From: Candidatus Puniceispirillaceae bacterium
GTDB taxonomy: Bacteria > Pseudomonadota > Alphaproteobacteria > Puniceispirillales > Puniceispirillaceae
Direction of reading: 5' to 3'
Assembly: GCA_049889495.1 (NCBI GenBank)
Contig: JBMHDH010000027.1
Coordinates: 252 to 64,251, forward strand
Length of the DNA: 64,000 nt
Below the pieces are notes generated by a model. It saw only the letters and a program-made list of their open reading frames with translations, did no database searches and was not told where the DNA came from. Positions 48,675 to 57,685 of this stretch are shown piece by piece; positions within the stretch are counted from its first letter, which is position 1; each line of letters opens with the position of its first letter. Made by a program: the position numbers and the translations under genes.

Positions 48675-50273
48675 CTATGTTACCAGCTTGCGCAATGTGG
48701 CAAGGCTATCTGCTTCTTCGACATCCTTATCCCAGCGAATGGCATGAAATCTCGGAAAGCGCATCGCCACGCCGCTTTTATGACGGCTTGAGAGATGTAA
48801 GGAATCAAACGCCGCCTCAATCACAAGCTTGGGTTCAACCTCTCGGACAGGCCCAAAGCGGTTAATCGTATGGTTGCGCACAAATTTATCAAGCTGCGTT
48901 AATTCAGCATCTGTAAAGCCAAAATACGCTTTGCCAACTGGCACCAATTTACGCCCGTCTGGCCCGTCATCCCACGCGCCAAATGTAAAATCAGAATATT
49001 TTGCGCTTCGTTTCCCATGACCACGCTGGGCATACATAATCACCACATCGGCAAAATGCGGATCACGCTTCCATTTATACCATTGGCCCGTAATGCGGCC
49101 AAATTGATACGCGCCCTGTTTATGTTTGATCATCACCCCTTCAATTAAAGGATCTGTCTTGCGCGCTTGTCTTTGCGTGGCCAATTCTTGCCAATCCTTT
49201 GATACCAGCAAGGATGAGATATCCAAGAGATCATGATCAATCAGCGGTAATTCAGCCTCCAGCCTTCGCCGCCTATCGCATAGCGCAAGCGATCTGATAT
49301 CGTCACCGCCCACCATCAATAGATCATAGCACCGCATAAACACAGGATGCTCGTCACGTAATTTCGCAGATGGTTTTTTCCGATTAAGGCGTTGCTGCAA
49401 ATCATTAAATGACCCAAGCGTCTCTGTGGTACCAGCCAGCAATTCACCATCAAGTACCCCTTGCCATCGCATCGGCTTCACCATCTCAGGAAAGGCATGC
49501 GAAATATCATCACCAGAGCGCGAAAATAACCGCACCCCATCATCGGCTGAGACAAGTTGTACACGTGCGCCATCCCATTTCCATTCAATCTGGAAATCAG
49601 ACAGATCAAATTTCGCTTGGTCTGTTTCCTCTAGCGGATGGGCCAACATCAAAGGTTTGAAAACCGCACGACCTGCCGCATCAGGTTTGTCAGCCCGATC
49701 TTCTAGCCAATCAAATAAGGGGGCATAGGGCGGCGATAATAACGGCCAAATCTCTTCAATATCCTCAACAGCTTTGTCAAAGGCTTGTGCCAATGCCACC
49801 CGCATCAGTCGCGCAGATACCCCAACCCGAAGGCCACCTGTGGCCAATTTTAACAAAGCCCATCTTTGCCGCCCATCCATAGTATCAAGATAAGAGCGCA
49901 CCGCTTGTTCTGCTTCTTTACGGCCAGAAGATAGCAAATAAGTCACAATATCACCCAAATCATAATCTGGCTTATTGCTTTTTTGCCCTTCCGTTTCGAT
50001 TGTCTCAGGCCATAATAAACAGACCGTTTCTGCCAAATCGCCAACGAAATCATAAGACAGCTTAAACAGCACCTCATCAGTGGTATCAGCTGCCAAATCG
50101 CGGATCATCTTGCCTTTGACATGGGGCAGGCTCAAATCACCTGTGATCGCCGCCACACCATAACCGCGGCTATCGCCCTCACTGCTATTAAGCCACTGCA
50201 CCAAATGCGCCAATTTGGCATTGCGCCCTGGCGAGAAAACAAGCTTATCAAGCAAATCAGAAAATGCCTTCAC
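48675..50273 (-). CDS. ATP-dependent DNA ligase (ligase-associated DNA damage response type)
   Basis: 532-aa ORF with the adenylation motif EWKWDGARVQ, an OB-fold C-terminus, and a long N-terminal DNA-binding-like domain. It is translationally coupled to the upstream exonuclease gene (overlap at 50270-50273). Confidence 0.9.
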   Translation of the reverse strand: MKAFSDLLDKLVFSPGRNAKLAHLVQWLNSSEGDSRGYGVAAITGDLSLPHVKGKMIRDLAADTTDEVLFKLSYDFVGDLAETVCLLWPETIETEGQKSNKPDYDLGDIVTYLLSSGRKEAEQAVRSYLDTMDGRQRWALLKLATGGLRVGVSARLMRVALAQAFDKAVEDIEEIWPLLSPPYAPLFDWLEDRADKPDAAGRAVFKPLMLAHPLEETDQAKFDLSDFQIEWKWDGARVQLVSADDGVRLFSRSGDDISHAFPEMVKPMRWQGVLDGELLAGTTETLGSFNDLQQRLNRKKPSAKLRDEHPVFMRCYDLLMVGGDDIRSLALCDRRRRLEAELPLIDHDLLDISSLLVSKDWQELATQRQARKTDPLIEGVMIKHKQGAYQFGRITGQWYKWKRDPHFADVVIMYAQRGHGKRSAKYSDFTFGAWDDGPDGRKLVPVGKAYFGFTDAELTQLDKFVRNHTINRFGPVREVEPKLVIEAAFDSLHLSSRHKSGVAMRFPRFHAIRWDKDVEEADSLATLRKLVT

Positions 50274-51301
50274 CCCTCATCTCCTGCTTCGGCTTCATAA
50301 CCAATTAAGGACAAGGCTTTGGCTATACGGCCCTTACCAGCCAGCGCATAAAGAATGGCATCTTCATTGCCATGTGTTACCCAAACTTCCTTCGGATCCA
50401 CCTGATCAATCGTCATCATGATATCATCCCAATCGGCATGATCAGATAAGATCAATGGCACTTCCACCCCTCTTTGTTTGGCATGGGCGCGCACTTGCAT
50501 CCAACCAGAGGCAAAACAGATGATCGGATCAGGCAAACGATTGGCCCATGGATTGCCAAGAGCAGAGGGCGGCCCTAAGATGATCTGTGACTTTAAATCC
50601 TGATTTTCTTTGGCCTTGCGATCTGTGGTCGCTGGGTATAATGGGCCAAGATCAATCCCATTTTTTTGATAAAAATCACATAATTTTTGCAAAGCCCCAT
50701 GAATATAAATCGGTGCTTCATAGCCTGCTTGGCGCAATAATTTTATCACCCTTTGTGCTTTGCCAAGCGCATAAGCCCCAACAAACACACAACGATCTGG
50801 AAATGCTGTTTGATAATCAAGAAGCTTTTGAATTTCAGCCAACGGATCAGGATGGCGAAAGACAGGCAATCCAAAAGTGGCTTCGGTGATAAACACATCA
50901 CATGGCACCACCTCAAAAGGCAAAACAGTGGGATCAGCCTTTCTTTTATAATCGCCTGCGGCAATCAATCTTGTGTTATTCACCTCAATAATGATCTGCG
51001 CTGAACCAAGCACATGACCAGCAGATGCCATAGACACCTGCCCGCCTGATAAGGACAATGTCTCACCATAATCAAGGGCGCGTTGCAGGGGCGTAAAATC
51101 TGCCCCATAGCGCAAAGCCATAATCGCAAGCGTTTGCGGGGTGGCAATCACTTCGCCATGACCCGCTCTGGCATGATCAGCATGGCCATGGGTAATCAGC
51201 GCGCGGCCAACAGGGCGGATCGGGTCGATATAGGCATCAAAAGGCGCGATATACAGCCCCTCTGGCCTAATCTCTACCCAATCCATGTTTAACTTTGACA
51301 C
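50270..51301 (-). CDS. ligase-associated DNA damage response exonuclease (metallo-beta-lactamase / beta-CASP-like fold)
   Basis: 343-aa ORF with the ITHGHADHA (HxHxDH) motif. The GTG start at 51301 is preceded by the SD AAGGTGA at 6 nt; ATG 51286 is an alternative. It is paired with the ligase, as in the known four-gene module. Confidence 0.85.
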   Translation of the reverse strand: MSKLNMDWVEIRPEGLYIAPFDAYIDPIRPVGRALITHGHADHARAGHGEVIATPQTLAIMALRYGADFTPLQRALDYGETLSLSGGQVSMASAGHVLGSAQIIIEVNNTRLIAAGDYKRKADPTVLPFEVVPCDVFITEATFGLPVFRHPDPLAEIQKLLDYQTAFPDRCVFVGAYALGKAQRVIKLLRQAGYEAPIYIHGALQKLCDFYQKNGIDLGPLYPATTDRKAKENQDLKSQIILGPPSALGNPWANRLPDPIICFASGWMQVRAHAKQRGVEVPLILSDHADWDDIMMTIDQVDPKEVWVTHGNEDAILYALAGKGRIAKALSLIGYEAEAGDEG

Positions 51302-51356
51302 AATTGATCACCTTATTGATACAGCCTGTATCGGCGCGCAAGCCGCACTTATGGTC

Positions 51357-51392
51357 CCTTATTTTGACACCTTATTTTGGCCCCTTATTTTG
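51357..51392. repeat. three direct copies of CCTTATTTTG at 13-nt spacing
   Basis: Copies lie at 51357-51366, 51370-51379 and 51383-51392. The last overlaps the GST stop codon. A degenerate fourth copy, CCTTATTGAT, at 51311-51320 forms the exonuclease SD on the minus strand. Confidence 0.75.
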
Positions 51393-52092
51393 ATGTCTGG
51401 CCTTTATCGGCATCCATACCAAACATCTTATCCCACGCCTCACCTGTTAACTTGGCCAAATCTTCGCGCCATTCAAGCCCAAGGCTGGCACCTTTTTGAA
51501 AGGCTGGCCTGTCATATAATCTGCTGCGCCATGCCGCCACATTGGGATAATCTGCCAAATCCACATGTTGATCTTGATAGGTTTTGGACCATGGCAATAT
51601 CGCGATATCAGCGATAGATAAGTCATCACCCACAATAAAATCACGCCCTGCAAGACGGCGATCAAGCACCCCATAAAGACGATTGGCTTCATTGCCATAA
51701 CGTTCGATGCCATAGGGGTTTTTTTCCTTAGCATATTTAATGAAATGATGGGCTTGCCCCAACATGGGACCAAAGCCGCCCATTTGCCACATCAGCCATT
51801 CCATCACTTCGATTTTACCACGTTCATCTTGCGGCATTAACTTGTTTGTCTTTTGCGCCAGATAGAACAAAATAGCCCCTGATTCAAACACACTGACAGG
51901 CGCCCCATCAGGCCCGTCATGGTCAATGATGGCTGGCATGCGGTTATTAGGCGCGATTTTTAAAAAATCAGGCTTGAACTGATCGCCCTTGCTGATATTA
52001 ACGGGCACCACCTCATAAGGCAGACCCAATTCTTCAAGCGCGATTGAAATTTTAAACCCATTTGGCGTTGGCCAAAAATATAATGTGATCAT
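51385..52092 (-). CDS. yfcG: Nu-class glutathione S-transferase / GSH-dependent disulfide reductase (YfcG-like)
   Basis: 235-aa ORF. MITLYFWPTPNGFKISIALEE...APNNRMPAIIDH...FESGAILFYLAQK...GGFGPMLGQAHHF aligns by eye along its whole length with E. coli YfcG. Confidence 0.85.
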   Translation of the reverse strand: MITLYFWPTPNGFKISIALEELGLPYEVVPVNISKGDQFKPDFLKIAPNNRMPAIIDHDGPDGAPVSVFESGAILFYLAQKTNKLMPQDERGKIEVMEWLMWQMGGFGPMLGQAHHFIKYAKEKNPYGIERYGNEANRLYGVLDRRLAGRDFIVGDDLSIADIAILPWSKTYQDQHVDLADYPNVAAWRSRLYDRPAFQKGASLGLEWREDLAKLTGEAWDKMFGMDADKGQTSK

Positions 52093-52212
52093 TTTGTTTC
52101 TCTATTGTTAAAAACTAGGCTTTGCACTCTAGACCTTTTGCTATACGAGACTACCATCATAATGGAACAATAAAGATTTAAAACCGAGTGATACTTCAGG
52201 TTATTTTTAAAG

Positions 52213-54657
52213 ATGAGCGAAACAAATCTGCCACAAGCAACCTTGCCAGCTCATTTTTCACGTTGGTTCCAGCAAAAAGGCTGGCAGCCTCACGCCCATC
52301 AAATTGACATCCTATCAGCTTGGGAACAAGGCAAATCAAGCTTGCTGATTGCCCCCACAGGCGCAGGCAAAACCTTATCAGGCTTTTTACCAAGCTTGAT
52401 CACACTTTCTAAAAACACACCACAGGCAAACAAAAGATTACACACCCTTTATATCTCGCCTCTCAAAGCGCTTGCGACAGATATTGCGCGCAATTTAACG
52501 ACTCCGATCACAGAGATGGCATTGCCAATCACGGTGGAAACCAGAACAGGGGACACCCCGCAATCCAAACGCAATCGCCAGAGAACCACCCCGCCAGATA
52601 TCCTGCTAACCACACCAGAATCTCTTGAATTAATGCTTGGCTGGCCAGATGCCCCCCAGATTTTTGGGTCTCTACAGACCATCATTATTGACGAAATCCA
52701 CGCGCTAAATGGCATGAAAAGAGGTGATTTACTCTCTTTGAGCTTGGTGAAATTGCGGAATATGACAAAAGATGTGCGCGCCATTGGCCTTTCTGCGACC
52801 ATTGCCGACCCGATGCGATTGACTGGCTTATTAAGCAACACGCCTTGTGATGTGGCCATTATCAAGCCTGATTTACGCAAAACCATTCATGTCTCTATGC
52901 TTGAGACAAAAGCCGAAATACCTTGGGCAGGTCATTCAGCGCATTATGCTTTGCCAGAATTATATCACCTTCTGCAAACCCATAAAAAAACGCTGATTTT
53001 CGTCAATACCAGAGCGCAAGCTGAATTGCTGTTTCAAGCACTTTGGCTGGCCAATGATGATAATTTGAAAATTGGGTTGCATCATGGCTCGCTTGATGCA
53101 GGACAAAGGCGAAAGGTCGAAGCCTTTATGGCCCGCGGCGCATTAGACGCTGTGGTTGCCACCTCCTCTCTCGATTTGGGCATTGATTGGGCTGATATTG
53201 ATTTGGTTGTGCAAATTGGCGCACCAAAGGGCGTATCACGGCTAGTGCAACGGATTGGCCGCGCATCTCACAGGCTAGATGCCGCATCCAAGGCCGTGCT
53301 TGTGCCAGCCAATCGGTTTGAAGTGCTAGAGGTAAAAGCAGCCATTCATTGCGTCAAAGAAATGCAACTAGATGACCCGCCGCCCCATGAAGGGGCGCTT
53401 GATGTTCTGGCGCAACATTTGGTGGGATGCGCTGTCTCTGCCCCTCTTGATGCAGATCACATCTATCGCCAAGTAACCAGTGCACCGCCTTATGCAACGC
53501 TCAAAAGAGACGCCTTTGATCAGGTTTTGGATTTTGTGGCAACAGGCGGTTATGCGCTCTCTCACTATGATCAATTTCATCGCTTGGTCAAAGGCGTTGA
53601 TGATCTCTGGCGTGTGGCCAGCCCGCAAGTGGCGCAAAGATGGCGCATGAATATTGGTACCATAGTCGAAACAGTAACCATGAAAGTCAGGATGAAAAGC
53701 GGTCCTGTCTTGGGCGAAATCGAAGAATATTTTGTGCAGGGTCTGACCACAGGTGACCATTTCATCTTTGCTGGCAGAATGTTGGAATATATCGGCATTA
53801 AGACCAATATGGTGCTGGTCAGACAAAGCAATGCCAAAGAGCCAAAAGTGCCAGCCTATGCAGGTGGTCGCCTGCCCCTATCGCAAAATTTGGCAGATGT
53901 GGTGCGCACACAATTAACAGATGAAAGCCAATGGCATGATTTGCCGCCAGATGTCAAAAATTGGCTTACCTTGCAAAAAAGCAGATCAGGCCTGCCATCT
54001 GATAAAAAACTTTTGGTGGAAAGTTTTAAAAGAGGGCAACGCCATTACCTTGTCGCTTATTGTTTTGAAGGGCGTAATGCACATCAAACACTTGGCATGT
54101 TATTGACGCGCCGCATGGAACGGCTTGGATTTGGTCCTTTGGGGTTTGTGGCAACCGATTATGCCGTGGCGGTCTGGTCTGTGCATGCGGTCCACAGCCC
54201 TGATCATCTGTTTCAATCTGATTTATTAGGGGATGACCTTGAAGAATGGATGGCGGAATCCACCATGTTAAAACGGTCTTTCAGACAAGTCGCCACCATC
54301 GCAGGTCTGATTGAAAAACGATTGCCTGGTCATGAAAAAACAGGCAAACAAATGACGGTAAATTCAGATCTGATCTATGATGTGCTTCGGCGTCATCAAC
54401 CAGATCATTTATTGTTAAAAGCAACCGAACAAGATGCGGCAAAAGGCTTGACAGATATTCGCCGTCTCTCTGAAATGCTAACACGATTTGAAGACCATAT
54501 TGATTTCAGGCAACTGGCCTATATCAGCCCCCTTGCCCTCCCCTTAATGCTAGAGGTCGGCCGCGAAAGCGTCACCGCAGGGGGCGTGACAGATTTGCTT
54601 GAGGAGCTTGAAACATCTTTGCTTGAAGAGATCCATGGGGCACCCGCCAGATTGTAA
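52213..54657 (+). CDS. ligase-associated DNA damage response DEXH-box helicase (Lhr-core-like)
   Basis: 814-aa ORF with Walker A APTGAGKTLSG, DEIH (IIIDEIHAL), helicase motif VI QRIGRASHR, and a long C-terminal domain. Confidence 0.9.
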   Translation: MSETNLPQATLPAHFSRWFQQKGWQPHAHQIDILSAWEQGKSSLLIAPTGAGKTLSGFLPSLITLSKNTPQANKRLHTLYISPLKALATDIARNLTTPITEMALPITVETRTGDTPQSKRNRQRTTPPDILLTTPESLELMLGWPDAPQIFGSLQTIIIDEIHALNGMKRGDLLSLSLVKLRNMTKDVRAIGLSATIADPMRLTGLLSNTPCDVAIIKPDLRKTIHVSMLETKAEIPWAGHSAHYALPELYHLLQTHKKTLIFVNTRAQAELLFQALWLANDDNLKIGLHHGSLDAGQRRKVEAFMARGALDAVVATSSLDLGIDWADIDLVVQIGAPKGVSRLVQRIGRASHRLDAASKAVLVPANRFEVLEVKAAIHCVKEMQLDDPPPHEGALDVLAQHLVGCAVSAPLDADHIYRQVTSAPPYATLKRDAFDQVLDFVATGGYALSHYDQFHRLVKGVDDLWRVASPQVAQRWRMNIGTIVETVTMKVRMKSGPVLGEIEEYFVQGLTTGDHFIFAGRMLEYIGIKTNMVLVRQSNAKEPKVPAYAGGRLPLSQNLADVVRTQLTDESQWHDLPPDVKNWLTLQKSRSGLPSDKKLLVESFKRGQRHYLVAYCFEGRNAHQTLGMLLTRRMERLGFGPLGFVATDYAVAVWSVHAVHSPDHLFQSDLLGDDLEEWMAESTMLKRSFRQVATIAGLIEKRLPGHEKTGKQMTVNSDLIYDVLRRHQPDHLLLKATEQDAAKGLTDIRRLSEMLTRFEDHIDFRQLAYISPLALPLMLEVGRESVTAGGVTDLLEELETSLLEEIHGAPARL

Positions 54658-54667
54658 CAGTTCGACA

Positions 54668-55375
54668 ATGACATCACCGCAAAAATCAGCTTCTGCCCCT
54701 GCCATTCAATTCCATAGCGCAACATTCCATTTAAATGGCGATGGCACGCTTTATTGGCCAGATCAAGACACGTTGATCGTCTCTGATTTACATCTTGAAA
54801 AAGGGGCTGCCTTATCCCAAGGTGCGCCTTTGCCGCAATTCGATACGCTTGATACGCTTCAACGTCTTGAAAAGCGCCTGATCAAGGATAACCCAAAGCG
54901 TCTGTTATGTTTGGGCGATAATTTCCACACCACCGAACGGGCGTTTCGCCTGCCAGCCGATTATGTGGCATATTTGCATAAGATGATGGCTGATCGAGAG
55001 GTGATGTGGCTGACTGGCAATCATGATATGGCCTTGCCAGATCGTTTGCCAGGCACGGTGATGAGCGAAGTCACTCTTGCCAATATCCGTTTTTGTCATG
55101 AAACAGATCATCGCTCACAAAACCCCACTATTTCAGGGCATTTTCACCCCAAAGCCCGTGTTAAATTGCGCGCAAAACAGCTATCGGCACGTTGTTTTCT
55201 GCAAAGCGGTTATGATTTCATTATGCCTGCCTTTGGCAGCTACACAGGTGGGTTAAATATTCGTGATGCCGCCTTTGATGCCATTTTGACAAATACTGCC
55301 ATCGTGCATTTGCTTCATGACGGAAAAATTTTTTCCATGCCTTTTGTGCCATCTGTGTTCTTGTCCGCACGATAA
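54668..55375 (+). CDS. pdeM: ligase-associated DNA damage response phosphoesterase PdeM
   Basis: Calcineurin-like metallophosphoesterase blocks VSDLHLEKG, LGDNFH, GNHD and GHFHP. I chose ATG 54668, 11 nt after the helicase stop, over the ORF-track start at 54599. Confidence 0.8.
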   Translation: MTSPQKSASAPAIQFHSATFHLNGDGTLYWPDQDTLIVSDLHLEKGAALSQGAPLPQFDTLDTLQRLEKRLIKDNPKRLLCLGDNFHTTERAFRLPADYVAYLHKMMADREVMWLTGNHDMALPDRLPGTVMSEVTLANIRFCHETDHRSQNPTISGHFHPKARVKLRAKQLSARCFLQSGYDFIMPAFGSYTGGLNIRDAAFDAILTNTAIVHLLHDGKIFSMPFVPSVFLSAR

Positions 55376-55434
55376 GGGGCAAAAACAGCCCTTTATCATA
55401 ATAAAAATCAAGAAATCTATCTCAGATTATTAAA

Positions 55435-55447
55435 TCCACATTGTGGA
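55435..55447. promoter_or_regulatory. perfect 13-nt palindrome TCCACA-T-TGTGGA (candidate operator)
   Basis: Read directly from the sequence, 64 nt upstream of the 55511 ATG in a 135-nt AT-rich spacer. A 1-nt centre makes an RNA hairpin unlikely, so a dimeric DNA-binding protein site is the simplest reading. Confidence 0.3.
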
Positions 55448-55510
55448 ATGTGCCGTATATAGCTTTGTGTTTAAGTTAAAAATAAACAACGTATCGGGAT
55501 AGGAAATAGC

Positions 55511-56818
55511 ATGCGTATAGCAGTTATTGGGGCTGGTATTTCGGGACTTGGGGCGGCTTGGTTGCTTGGCCGTGACCATGATGTGACCATTTTTGAAAAG
55601 CAAGACAGAATTGGCGGCCATGCCAATACAGTCGATGTGACATTAAATGGCAAAACGATCCCTGTTGATACAGGCTATATCGTTTATAATGAGCTAAATT
55701 ACCCAAATTTAATCGGACTATTTGATTGTTTATCTGTGCCGACACAAGGCTCAAAGATGACATTTTCAGTGTCATTGCGTGATAAAGAATTGGAATATGA
55801 AGGCTCACTCGCAGGGCTTCTGGCGCAACCTTCCAACCTATTTAAGCCGCGCTATTGGTCAATGTTAAATGGCCTGCGTCGTTTTTATGCCGAAGGCTAT
55901 AAACTAAGCCAAGCAAGCACAGCAGATGAAACCTTGGGCGACTTCATTCAAAGATCTGGTTTTTCTGACGCCTTTATCGAAGATCATCTTTTGCCAATGG
56001 GGGCTGCCATTTGGTCTTGCCCGACTGAGACCATGCTTGGCTTTCCCGTCAGAAGCTTTATGCAATTTATGGAAAATCATAAATTGATGAATTATATTGA
56101 CCGCCCTGTTTGGCGCACAGTCACGGGTGGCTCGCGCCAATATATAAGACGACTTCTTGATGATTTTTCAGGTAAAGTGCACCAAAACGCAACGATCACA
56201 GGCCTGAAACGCCAAGGGGCTGGCGTGATCGTGTCCGTCGAAGGCGAAGGCGATATCTATTTTGATAAGGTGATTATGGCCGCCCACGCTGATGAAAGCC
56301 TTGCCTTAATTCAAGATGCCAGCAGACAAGAACAAGATTTGCTTGGTGCGTTTCAGTTCCAGCCAAATAAGGTGATTTTGCATTCAGATCCTGACCTGAT
56401 GCCAAAACGCAAGGGCGCATGGGCGGCTTGGAATTACCTGACATCTCGCAAAAGTGGTGACAATCAATTAAGCCTGACTTATTGGATGAACAAGCTGCAA
56501 TCCATTGATAAAAATGTGCCGCTTTATGTCACGCTAAATCCTTTTGATGACCCAAAAGATGAGTTAACGCATCAAGAATTTTCCTATGATCACCCGATTT
56601 TTGACAAGGCCGCAATATCTGCGCAAGATCAGCTAGGTGAGATCCAAGGGCAAAATCACCTCTATTTCTGTGGGGCTTGGACAAAATATGGTTTTCATGA
56701 AGATGGCCTTGCTTCTGCGGTAAAAGTTGCGAAATCCCTTGGTGTTAAGATACCATGGGATAGCCCCACAACAGCGTGGCACGAACCACAAGCCATAGAA
56801 GACAGGCTAGAAGCCTGA
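55511..56818 (+). CDS. NAD/FAD-binding amine-oxidase-like oxidoreductase (UfaD-like)
   Basis: 435-aa ORF with the N-terminal dinucleotide fold MRIAVIGAGISGLGAAWLL...IFEKQDRIGGHANTV. It is followed by DUF1365 and cfa-like genes. Confidence 0.8.
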   Translation: MRIAVIGAGISGLGAAWLLGRDHDVTIFEKQDRIGGHANTVDVTLNGKTIPVDTGYIVYNELNYPNLIGLFDCLSVPTQGSKMTFSVSLRDKELEYEGSLAGLLAQPSNLFKPRYWSMLNGLRRFYAEGYKLSQASTADETLGDFIQRSGFSDAFIEDHLLPMGAAIWSCPTETMLGFPVRSFMQFMENHKLMNYIDRPVWRTVTGGSRQYIRRLLDDFSGKVHQNATITGLKRQGAGVIVSVEGEGDIYFDKVIMAAHADESLALIQDASRQEQDLLGAFQFQPNKVILHSDPDLMPKRKGAWAAWNYLTSRKSGDNQLSLTYWMNKLQSIDKNVPLYVTLNPFDDPKDELTHQEFSYDHPIFDKAAISAQDQLGEIQGQNHLYFCGAWTKYGFHEDGLASAVKVAKSLGVKIPWDSPTTAWHEPQAIEDRLEA

Positions 56819-56848
56819 TTGGCATGACGGGGTAAAAGGGAGACTGTC

Positions 56849-57685
56849 ATGCCGCAACCATCACATGCAGCAGATACCACAGCTTGCCAATTGGTGTTAT
56901 CAGATATCCACCACACACGTCATGCCCCAAGGGCGCATTTCTTATCTCGTGCTGGCCTATCTCTGAATATCGATGTGGATCGCTTGGCTGATGCGGATCA
57001 GCAATCACCGCTTTTTTCGGTTGGCAAATGGAATTTGCTATCATTTTATCAAACAGATTACGGGCCGTTTCATAAATCAAATCACCAAGAGCAAAAACAT
57101 AAATATCACAATCTTGGTGATTATATCAGGGATCTAGCGACCCAATATGGCATCTCAAAAAAACTGGCCAAGATTAACCTTTTGACCTTCCCTCGTATTT
57201 TGGGCGCAAGCTTTAATCCCTTATCGGTTTATCGCTGTCTGGATGAGGCAGGGCAATTGGTGATGGTTGTCTATGAGGTGCATAACACCTTTGGAGAAAT
57301 GCACAGCTATATTGGCCTTGCCACTGATACAGGCCATGCCAGCCTTCACCACACGAAAAAGATCTTTCATGTATCACCGTTTTTTGATGTCTCTGGTGAT
57401 TATCAATTATTTTCAAAGCAAGATGACGATAAATGCCATGTCATCATCCGCTATCGTAAAGATGGCAAGCTGGCTTTGACAGCGACATTACGCGGGCTGA
57501 TCACACCGATGACCAGCAAAACCATTATCTCTGGTCTTTTTTCCCAAAAACAATGGCCGATGCGCCCTTGGTTTGCCATTCATATCGAAGCCGCAAAATT
57601 GTTTTTGAAAAAATTGACCTTTCATTCAAAACCAACGCCACCAGGCCAAACACACAGCCTATCTTCAACAAAGGGACTGAAATAA
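56849..57685 (+). CDS. DUF1365-family protein (UfaO-like)
   Basis: 278-aa ORF with the blocks HTRHAP..H.F, FNPLSVYRC, YEVHNTFGEMHSY, FHVSPFFDVSGDY and IHIEAAKLFLKK, which I associate with DUF1365. Confidence 0.8.
   Translation: MPQPSHAADTTACQLVLSDIHHTRHAPRAHFLSRAGLSLNIDVDRLADADQQSPLFSVGKWNLLSFYQTDYGPFHKSNHQEQKHKYHNLGDYIRDLATQYGISKKLAKINLLTFPRILGASFNPLSVYRCLDEAGQLVMVVYEVHNTFGEMHSYIGLATDTGHASLHHTKKIFHVSPFFDVSGDYQLFSKQDDDKCHVIIRYRKDGKLALTATLRGLITPMTSKTIISGLFSQKQWPMRPWFAIHIEAAKLFLKKLTFHSKPTPPGQTHSLSSTKGLK

Noticed and set aside
48527-48865. 112-aa plus-strand ORF from the ORF track
   Set aside because: It is out of frame with the 51-aa ORF at 48505-48660, which carries the highly specific DUF2256 motif. 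Its distal two thirds are antisense to the DNA ligase gene.
52093-52212. Search for an alphaproteobacterial SOS box (GTTC-N7-GTTC / GAAC-N7-GAAC) in the GST / helicase divergent spacer, and in 51302-51384
   Set aside because: Only one isolated GAAC (in ggaacaat) is present, with no second half-site at the right spacing. I therefore make no LexA-regulation claim for the repair module.
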